The position numbers were made by a program, and so were the translations under genes. Below, one piece after another: positions 56,626 through 64,000 of a stretch of 64,000 bases of DNA. Position 1 is the first letter of the stretch; every line of letters starts with the position of its first letter. The notes beneath the pieces were generated by a model. The model was not told where the DNA came from and searched no databases. It worked only from the letters and a program-made list of their open reading frames with translations. The stretch comes from Candidatus Woesearchaeota archaeon (lineage in GTDB: Archaea > Nanobdellota > Nanobdellia > Woesearchaeales > GW2011-AR9): NCBI GenBank assembly GCA_018303445.1, contig JAGVYE010000003.1:2366-66365 (forward strand), in the 5' to 3' direction.

Positions 56626-57786
56626 TTGAAGGTTATGGATAATTATGCTCTTCAAAATAGTAATTCTCAAAATAGTAATTCTCAACACTATCCTATTATC
56701 ACTAATGCTCGGGAAGTATCTCCTTTAAAATCACATCGTGATATTGATGAAGAACTTCAACAGCTCATTGCTAGTCATAAAACACGTATTAAAGTAATTG
56801 GTTGTGGTGGAGCTGGAAATAACACCATCAACAGAATCTCTGAAGTTGGTATTAAAGGAATAGAAACTATTGCCATTAATACTGATGCCCAAGATTTATT
56901 GTATACTTCTGCGGATAAGAAAATTCTCATTGGGAAAGAGTTAACACAAGGGCTAGGTGCTGGTTCTAATCCCAAAATTGGTGAAGAATCAGCAAAAGAA
57001 AACGAACATGACATTAAAAAGTCACTTGAAGGATCAGACCTGATCTTTATCACCTGTGGTTTAGGAGGGGGAACAGGGACAGGAAGTGCTCCTTTTGTCG
57101 CTCAAGTGGCAAAAAAAATGGGAACAATGTCCGTAGCCATAGTTACGATGCCATTCGCCATGGAAGGAACACATCGCTTTGAAAACGCCATGATCGGGTT
57201 AGAGAAATTGGAACAAAGTGTGAACACTTTAATCGTTATCCCTAATGAAAAGCTCCTTGAACTTGCGCCTCATTTACCATTACAAACGGCCTTTAAGGTA
57301 GCTGATGAAATTCTTACCAATGCTGTAAAAGGCATTGCCGAACTCGTAACAAAAACAGGATTGGTAAACCTAGATTTTGCGGATGTTAAAGCGATTATGA
57401 GTGAAGGAGGAGTAGCCATGATTGGTGTCGGTGAATCTGACTCAGATAACAGGGCCGAAGAATCAGTGTTGAAAGCCTTAGAAAACCCTCTTATTGATGT
57501 TGACATTTCCAAAGCCACAGGCGCTCTCATAAACATTTCCGGCGGAGAGAATTTAACGTTAGACGAATCCAGAAAGATTGTCGAAAATGTTGCCGAGCGG
57601 CTTGATGGGCGGGCAAAAATTATCTGGGGAGCACAGATTTACAAAGATCTTGACAAGATCGTCCGCACTATGATCATCATTACAGGTGTGAAATCAGATC
57701 AAATTTTTGGCGAGCAACATCAACTGAAGATGGAACGGAAGAAAGTTATGAAATCTGAATTAGGCATTGATATTGTGGACGAATAA
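56626..57786 (+). CDS. ftsZ: Cell division GTPase FtsZ (paralog 2)
   Basis: GCGGAGNN, GLGGGTGTGSAP. Extended N-terminus. Confidence 0.9.
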   Translation: MKVMDNYALQNSNSQNSNSQHYPIITNAREVSPLKSHRDIDEELQQLIASHKTRIKVIGCGGAGNNTINRISEVGIKGIETIAINTDAQDLLYTSADKKILIGKELTQGLGAGSNPKIGEESAKENEHDIKKSLEGSDLIFITCGLGGGTGTGSAPFVAQVAKKMGTMSVAIVTMPFAMEGTHRFENAMIGLEKLEQSVNTLIVIPNEKLLELAPHLPLQTAFKVADEILTNAVKGIAELVTKTGLVNLDFADVKAIMSEGGVAMIGVGESDSDNRAEESVLKALENPLIDVDISKATGALINISGGENLTLDESRKIVENVAERLDGRAKIIWGAQIYKDLDKIVRTMIIITGVKSDQIFGEQHQLKMERKKVMKSELGIDIVDE

Positions 57787-57845
57787 CTACTTTTTAGTTA
57801 TTAATAAGAAAGATTTATATAAAAGGATTATTCTTTTGGTATTAA

Positions 57846-58819
57846 TGGCTGAAAGATCTTTAGAATATCTGGCTGGTGCGGCGGGAAAAGAACCGCCTCA
57901 GAGTATAAGTACTTCTCGAGTATTTCCTTTAAGAACCACTTTTGCATATAAAAGCATCACACCCTCAGAAAAACCTCCTTATCTTTCTATATCTGAAGGC
58001 CGATTGGAAGATTACATCGCCGGCATAATTGATTTCATGCAAGAACAGGGAAGAATGGATCTTCGTGAACAGATTAATACTTTGAGAACAGTGAATGGAT
58101 TTTCTGGATATGTAGTGGGAGTTAGACTTGAAACTCTTCCCACAGTTTTCAGCGATGATATTGTTGTACAGTATTATTTCCAAACTTTGGATAGATTTGC
58201 TGGATATAAACTAGGCCTTCGTGTTGGAATTCTCCGTGACTTCGGCTTAGCCTTACAAACTTCTGACGCTTCTGGTGACAGGGAAGTTGTTACGGAAGTC
58301 TTAAAGTATTTTCATGGAATGAAAGAAGGAGAAAAACCCACCTTGGAAGGCTATCGTGCCGCAAAGAAAGAAGGAGAAAGAAAAGAAGTAGCGAGACTTC
58401 TAACCAGGCAGCTAACTCCTATGGTCAGGGAACCAAAGAGTTTTTTCCAAAAAGATTATGACCATCTTGCCTCGGGGCCAAAAGATGATATTAGTGAAAA
58501 TCCGTTCCATTCAAAGGAGCAACGGAGGATCAGATTAGATTTAGAAAACTACAAAAGGCCCAGAGAACAAGAATTCATACTTACTAAAATAAGACAAGAG
58601 AAGCCTTTCTTTGACAAGTCTCCTCCTGAAATTTTGAAAAATAGAGACTTTGGATTTAAAGATGATCCATTAAAAGAATTTATTCCGCTAAGAGAATCTT
58701 CCCTGCAAAAGTGGATGGAAGAACAAGAGAGAGAAAGGCGAAGAAAAGAAGCTCCTCGGAATGAAGAGCCAGAAGAAGAAATAGCTCTCCTAGATTGGGA
58801 TAAGAAAAATAAAAAATGA
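57846..58819 (+). CDS. Hypothetical protein immediately downstream of ftsZ2 (start moved to MAERSLEY). Possible division-associated protein
   Basis: ORF overlaps the ftsZ2 stop. No motif recognised. Charged C-terminus. Confidence 0.35.
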
Positions 58820-58876
58820 TTCTAAACTAAAATTTCTTTTCTTCAAAAAAGTCAGACAAAAACTTACTATAACACT

Positions 58877-59083
58877 CTATCCCTTTTTCTTATATTCAGT
58901 ATACCCTGTCTTCCCGCACACTAATCTATCTTTATGATTAGCCATGAAATCTCCCGACGATTTGGGAGAAAAAGTATTCTTTCGTACTATTTTATCTCCT
59001 TGAATTTCATATAATTTCCACAATTTGGTTGTTTTCCCACTTTTTTTTCCTTGTTTTGAGGAAGTTTTTTTATCAGCTGCCAT
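58877..59083 (-). CDS. rps27ae: 30S ribosomal protein S27ae (eS31)-like
   Basis: Lys-rich 68-aa protein in the canonical position after S24e. Only a partial Cys motif (RLVCGKTGY). Confidence 0.5.
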   Translation of the reverse strand: MAADKKTSSKQGKKSGKTTKLWKLYEIQGDKIVRKNTFSPKSSGDFMANHKDRLVCGKTGYTEYKKKG

Positions 59084-59085
59084 TT

Positions 59086-59388
59086 TTACTTCTTCGCTCC
59101 TTCTTCTGCTTTCTTTGCTTCTTCTTGCTTCTTCCGCAAATGACTGGTTATCTGTTCAGTCTTGTCGCGCGCTTCTTTTGTTTCATAAACATAAGCCGCA
59201 AATTCTGCGTCTTGATGGCTGAAAAGAGTATGAATTCGTTTCATCACCACTTCACCGTTCACGTGCTTGGCAAGCTCCTCAGCAGTGTCTTTATTCGCTG
59301 GAGTTACTCCTTGAAACTGCACTTTCCCTTTTATTTCAAGGCGATGAAGCAATAGATTTTCTTTTTTTTCCGTGATGGTGAGCTGCAT
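59086..59388 (-). CDS. rps24e: 30S ribosomal protein S24e (eS24)
   Basis: MQLTITEKKENLLLHRLEIKGKVQFQGVTPANKD matches the eS24 N-terminal consensus. Confidence 0.8.
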   Translation of the reverse strand: MQLTITEKKENLLLHRLEIKGKVQFQGVTPANKDTAEELAKHVNGEVVMKRIHTLFSHQDAEFAAYVYETKEARDKTEQITSHLRKKQEEAKKAEEGAKK

Positions 59389-59390
59389 TT

Positions 59391-59585
59391 TTATCGCACC
59401 TTAATAGCATATTCGCCTTTTTCGGTAATACCCACTTTTTCGGCAATCATAGAATGTCCTGCGTCTGAAATATACAATCGACCTTGCCAACTAGTCGTGA
59501 AATCTGCTTTAGGAAGATTAAGCTCTTTAATTTCTGCTTCAGAGAGCAACCGTTTCGTTCTTTTTGAAGCGAGTTTTTTGGTCAT
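59391..59585 (-). CDS. Small protein between rpoE' and rps24e (the Spt4/RpoE'' position), but without a Zn-ribbon
   Basis: 64 aa, no Cys. Gene-order argument only. Confidence 0.3.
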   Translation of the reverse strand: MTKKLASKRTKRLLSEAEIKELNLPKADFTTSWQGRLYISDAGHSMIAEKVGITEKGEYAIKVR

Positions 59586-59594
59586 AATATTTTT

Positions 59595-60146
59595 TTATTT
59601 ACTCTCCGCAGTTTGCTGTTGTTGTTCCAACCATTCTAACTTGCCTAGTCCTTCCTGGCGCATCGTTAACCCAATCTTAGGGTTATTAACATCTTTATAA
59701 CTTATCGCAATAATCCTGGCTTTACATTTATCTCCAACTTTTATACTTTGACCACTTTTCTTGCCTTGTAACACTTTGTCTTTACTGAAGGAAACAAAAT
59801 CGTCCATGCTCTGAGAAATATGCACCATTCCTTCCACGCCGCCAATATCCATAAATGCGCCAAAATCAGTAATGTCGCGAATTTTTCCATAAGTTAACTC
59901 ATTTAATTCTGGTTTAAATGTTAGTAATTCAAACTCAGTTTCATAATATCCTGCACCATCACCGGGAATTATAACTCCTTCTTTAACGAAATAGACAGAG
60001 ACGACATTAAGAACAAAACCAAAATCAGGTGAGATATAATTTTCATAATTCATTTGGATATTTGTCAAGACCGCCTCTTGCTTTGAAAGATTAAACATTT
60101 TAGGAGGAACCCTAATGTAATCCTTCACTTTGACCAGATAAAACAT
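59595..60146 (-). CDS. rpoE: DNA-directed RNA polymerase subunit E' (Rpb7 homolog)
   Basis: Start set at MFYLVKVKDYIRVPP (typical RpoE' N-terminus). C-terminal S1 domain GKIRDITDFGAFMDIGGVEGMVHISQ. The ORF-track 276-aa ORF has an unsupported N-terminal extension. Confidence 0.8.
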   Translation of the reverse strand: MFYLVKVKDYIRVPPKMFNLSKQEAVLTNIQMNYENYISPDFGFVLNVVSVYFVKEGVIIPGDGAGYYETEFELLTFKPELNELTYGKIRDITDFGAFMDIGGVEGMVHISQSMDDFVSFSKDKVLQGKKSGQSIKVGDKCKARIIAISYKDVNNPKIGLTMRQEGLGKLEWLEQQQQTAESK

Positions 60147-60706
60147 CGTAAGAAATTGTTTTAGGGAGTTGTTTATAAAGATTGCGGAAAATTCAGGCTT
60201 TTTATTAAATATCAATGAAATATTGACCCGTATACAAAGATCTATGAAGCACAGAGGAAGGAGTTTAAAACACCGACAGATCTGCTCTACACTGTACGTG
60301 TTAATAGCTCTTCTTGCTACGTTATATCCATCATCTAATTTGGTCGTAGTTGGCGGCGTCCTCTCTAATTTTCTTTCTATTTCTAGGCGTGCTTCCAAAT
60401 GACTAATTGCATAAGTTCCGCACACCGTTTCACCATTTTCATAAGGTGTAAAAAATTTTATTCTCCCGATCTCAGGGTAATGAACTTCACATCATGAATT
60501 AGAAGAATCCCTATGCTCATAAAAATTTTGCCCAGAAGAATGATCAAAATATTTTCTTTGTGAACATAAATCCTTAACATTGTCTTTCCACATCTTCTTG
60601 ACGAAGCAGAAACAAATGGGTACTATAAGACTTTAATAATTTTTTCTATTCTGCCTAAAACTACTCACCGATACTTTTATATAGTCTTTACTTTCTTTTG
60701 GAGAAA

Positions 60707-60814
60707 ATGAAACGCAGTTCCCGTCGCTGGAAAAAGAAAGGACAAATGCGCTGGAAGTGGCAGCGTAAGAAAATCAAGAAATTGAAGCGTAGACGTAAGA
60801 TTGAAAGTGCTTAA
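60707..60814 (+). CDS. rpl41e: 50S ribosomal protein L41e (eL41)
   Basis: MKRSSRRWKKKGQMRWKWQRKKIKKLKRRRKIESA is the extreme R/K-rich 35-aa eL41 signature. Missed by the ORF track (<60 aa). TTTATATA box ~20 nt upstream. Confidence 0.7.
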   Translation: MKRSSRRWKKKGQMRWKWQRKKIKKLKRRRKIESA

Positions 60815-61187
60815 GAATTCTAAAATATTTGTGAAGGTAGAAGTTGCAACTTTAAGTGGAAATTTCTCGTTTTTATTATTATTATTATATAACTATTAGT
60901 AATTCTCTTGCAAAAAATTCTCATCGGAAAAGAAAGTTAGTTTTAGAAAATTTCTTGCTGCAAAATTCCCCCGTTTCAGATTTCTTGGAGTGATAACTGA
61001 AAATGAAAAAGCAAAGCAGGAATAAAATAAGTACCACTTTTTATGCGAAAAGGAAAATATTAACCAAATATATGTGTCCATTACAAGATTACATAAACTT
61101 CATTTTACAATCATTAACGTAGAAACCAAAAAATAATAGAAAGGAGAAATTTCTTCCTCGAAAACGAATTTCTAGATGATAGAAAGA

Positions 61188-61197
61188 TTTATAAATA
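61188..61197 (+). promoter_or_regulatory. Candidate TATA box (tttataaata) for the rRNA operon
   Basis: AT-rich TATA-like octamer ~140 nt upstream of the mature 16S 5' end. Confidence 0.3.
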
Positions 61198-61334
61198 AGC
61201 CACTTTCCTTTATTTATTCTCTACAAATGTGTGCTCAATTAATCTTGAGTGTGAATAGAGGTGATCCAAATTCCTGTTAGTTTAAGAAGTTGCGATTGTA
61301 CATGGGAAAAGGTCCATCATTTTGATTCAGAGTA

Positions 61335-62902
61335 ACTCCCGTTGATCCTGCGGGAGATTGCTGCTATGGGAGTTCGATTAAGCCATGCAAGTCAGAGGGC
61401 TGTCGCAAGACAGCACAGGCTGAATGCTCAGTAACACGTCAATAATCTGCCCTAAGGCTCAGGATAACCATGGGAAACTGTGGATAAAACTGGATAAGGG
61501 ATTGGTACTGGAATGTCCTTTCCTCTAAAGGTAACACCTTAGGATGAGTTGGCGGCCGATTAGCTTGTTGGTAGGGTAACGGCCTACCAAGGCAACGATC
61601 GGTACGGGCCGTGAGAGCGGTAGCCCGGAGAGGGGTACTGAGACACTGACCCCAGCCCTACGGGGTGCAGCAGGCGCGAAAACTTTACAATGTACGTAAG
61701 TGCGATAAGGGAACTCCCAGTGCTCATGCATAAGCATGGGCTTTTGCCAAGCGCAAATAACTTGGAGAATAAGTGGTGGGTAAGACGGGTGCCAGCCGCC
61801 GCGGTAACACCTGCGCCACGAGTGGCAATCGCTTTTATTGGGCCTAAAGCGTTCGTAGCCGGATGAGAAAGTCTTGAGTGAAATCGTTGCGCTTAACAAA
61901 ACGGCGCGCTTGAGATACTACTTATCTTGGGACCGGGAAGCGTTAGGGGTATTCCTGAGGGAGCGGTAAAATGCAATAATCTCAGAAGGACCACCTGTGG
62001 CGAAGGCGCCTAACGAGAACGGGTTCGACGGTGAGGAACGAAAGCTAGGGGAGCAAACCGGATTAGATTCTGGGTCTTTTTGTTGTTGTATAGGTTATTA
62101 TTTTGTCTGTTTGCGAAATTTACGATGATAAAATAAACTGATCAAAGGGCACCAGCTAATTACCCGAGTAGTCCTAGCTGTAAACGCTGTGTACTAGATG
62201 TTGCATATTCTTCGTGAATGTGCAGTGTCGGAGTGAAGACATTAAGTACACCGCCTGGGAAGTACGGTCGCAAGGCTGAAACTTAAAGGAATTGGCGGGA
62301 GAGCACCACAAGGGGTGCGGCGTGCGGTTTAATTTAACTCAACGCAGTGCATCTCACCAGTAGCGACGGCAGAATGATGGTCAGTCTGAAGGGCTTACCA
62401 AACGAGCCGAGAGGTAGTGCATGGCCGTCGTCAGCTCGTGCCGTGAGGTGTCCTCTTAAGTGAGGTAACGAGCGAGACCCATACCTATAATTGCCAGCGG
62501 GTGCTACGGCATGACCGGGCACATTATAGGGACTGCCTGGGAAACCAGGAGGAAGGTGTGGGCAACGGTAGGTCTGTACGCTCCGAATCTACTGGGCTAC
62601 ACGCGCGCAACAATGGCGAGAACAATGGGATGCAACACCGAAAGGTGAAGCTAAACCTCCAAATCTCGTCTTAGTCTAGATTGAGGGTTGTAACTCACCC
62701 TCATGACACCGGAATCCCTAGTAATCGGGCTTCAACATGGCCCGGTGAATATGTCCCTGCTCTTTGCACACACCGCCCGTCAAACCAACCGAGTTGGGTC
62801 TAGGTGAGATGTATCTTTGAGGTATATCGAATCTAGATTCGGTGAGGTGGGTTAAGTCGTCACAAGGTAGCCGTAGGGGAACCTACGGCTGGATCACCTC
62901 CT
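61335..62902 (+). rRNA. 16S rRNA (archaeal) with a ~93-nt insertion at 62069..62161
   Basis: 5' end TCCCGTTGATCCTGCGGGAG. Archaeal 515-region CAGCCGCCGCGGTAACACC. 3' end GGATCACCTCCT. GGATTAGAT|...|ACCCGAGTAGTCC is interrupted by an AT-rich insert. Confidence 0.9.
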
Positions 62903-62960
62903 TTTTTTATTTACTCTCAGAGTAAGTAAAAGTACTCAGTTAGAGTACATATATGTACCT

Positions 62961-63046
62961 GGGCCCGTAGCTCAGGGGTAGAGCGCCTGCCTTGCAGGTC
63001 AGTCCTAGAACGCAGGAGGCCTCGGGTTCAAATCCCGACGGGTCCA
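62961..63046 (+). tRNA. tRNA-Ala (TGC) in the 16S-23S spacer, with a 14-nt intron (62997..63010) at the canonical 37/38 position
   Basis: GGGCCCGTAGCTCAGGGGTAGAGCGCCTGC-CTTGCA[ggtcagtcctagaa]C-GCAGGAGGCCTCGGGTTCAAATCCCGACGGGTCCA. Cloverleaf intact once the intron is removed. No encoded CCA. Confidence 0.85.
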
Positions 63047-63206
63047 TTCCCTATGGGGAAAGAACGTTCCTGAAAATCCTTCTGGATTTCTGGGACACGA
63101 CGTTATCGACAACAACGTTGTTGGTAGCGATTGGTTGAGTTTGATGGAGCATGTATTCAACATGCGAGATAACATCATAATAATGAGCCATATGTAGATC
63201 AAAGTA

Positions 63207-64000
63207 CATCTAGGCATGCTGCTAGATGGATGACTCGGTTCAAAACGCCGATGAAGGACGTGACAAGCTGCGAAAAGTTCCGGCGAACTGAACGTAAGTG
63301 TTGAACCGGAAATTTCTGAATGGGACTTCCCATAACATACCCTTTGGGGTAAGGGAACGCAGGGAATTGAAGCGTCTTAGTACCTGCAGGAAGAGAAATC
63401 AATTGAGATGCCGTGAGTAAGAGCGACCGAAAGCGGTGTAGTCCAAACTGAATCCGTCATAGTAATGTGATGGAGATGTGGTGTTACGGACTTCCTTTTC
63501 CATCATTATTCTGACTTGAAGTTCTCTGGAAAGAGGCACGATACAGGGTGATAGTCCCGTAAAGGTAAGAATGATGATGTTGGAAGTATCCTGAGTATCA
63601 TACCTTGGAAATGGTGTGAGAAGATGGGGGGCATTAACCTCTAAGACTAAATACGTTTTGAGTCCGATAGAACATAGTACCGCGAGGGAACGTTGAAAAG
63701 AACCCCTGACCGGGTGTTAAAAGACTCTGAAATCTAGCAGCTATAGTATGGTAGGGCATTTCGGTGTTCTACCGTGCTCTTTGGATAAAGCGCCAGGGAG
63801 TGTGCTTCTGTGGCAAGGATAACCTGAAGAGGGGAATCCATAGGGAAACCAAGACTCCGCACGCAAGGAGGGAGGCGGTATGAAAGTGCCGTAAGTCACA
63901 GGGGCATGACCTGAAGCCGGGTGATCTACTCCTGGGTAAGGTGAAGCGGGGGTAAAACCTCGTGGAAGCCTGAAGAGGTTCTGCGAGCAAGCGTTCTTCT
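63207..64000 (+). rRNA. 23S rRNA, 5' partial (continues beyond the window)
   Basis: GGATGACTCGGTTC...CGATGAAGGACGTG...AAGCTGCGAAAAG and GTACCGCGAGGGAA are 23S domain-I signatures. Confidence 0.8.

Noticed and set aside
59595-60425. The N-terminal 93-aa extension of the rpoE' ORF (60147..60425) and the opposite-strand ORF 60169..60402
   Set aside because: RpoE' homologs begin at MFYLVKVKDYIRV. The extension has no support and is AT-rich promoter-like sequence. The + strand ORF overlaps it and has no features.
1-64000. CRISPR arrays, transposases/IS elements, integrases, prophage genes
   Set aside because: I searched by eye for regularly spaced direct repeats and for DDE-transposase or integrase-like ORFs. 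None was found. The only repeats are intragenic coding repeats and the short IR-flanked elements reported above.

Overview
This 64-kb window looks archaeal (DPANN-like). Evidence: an archaeal-type 16S 5' end and the CAGCCGCCGCGGTAACACC signature; tRNA-Ala(TGC) in the 16S-23S spacer; ribosomal proteins S6e, S24e, S27ae and L41e; RpoE'; TYW1/Taw1; prefoldin alpha next to FtsY; archaeal-type ProRS; and two FtsZ paralogs.

The first ~20 kb is an accessory-looking locus. It encodes at least nine paralogous, very large, cysteine-rich secreted or membrane-anchored proteins built from shuffled modules:
- Myxococcus-type Cys-rich repeats.
- A recurrent 6-Cys module (W-x-C-x2-W-S-x-C) not matched to any described domain.
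- A LamG/ConA-like lectin domain.
- A parallel beta-helix.
- A type-1 copper cupredoxin domain.
- Two clear C-terminal dockerin domains.
- N-terminal Ig-like domains that may be cohesins.
- A conserved cytoplasmic tail after a C-terminal TM helix.

I read this as a candidate cohesin-dockerin cell-surface assembly or adhesion system of an episymbiotic archaeon. A MNT/HEPN toxin-antitoxin pair and several inverted-repeat-flanked intergenic elements are interspersed in it.

The remainder is mostly housekeeping: ProRS, IleRS, RibB, Prs, FtsY, MiaB-like MTTase, aspartokinase-like, a P-type ATPase, FKBP, and an RpoE'-S24e-S27ae cluster. Several oddities sit among these:
- A bacterial-type class-I release-factor homolog lacking PxT/SPF.
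- A PNP gene interrupted by a single in-frame TAA.
- A Tat-secreted class-A beta-lactamase-like protein with SPOR-like repeats.
- A secreted ATPase-less Lon S16 peptidase.
- A transglutaminase-like three-gene cluster.
- A candidate RHH + PD-(D/E)xK nuclease pair.

The 3' end carries an rRNA operon. The 16S has a ~93-nt insertion at the GGATTAGAT|ACCC site, the tRNA-Ala has a 14-nt anticodon-loop intron, and a partial 23S follows. No CRISPR array, transposase or integrase was found.
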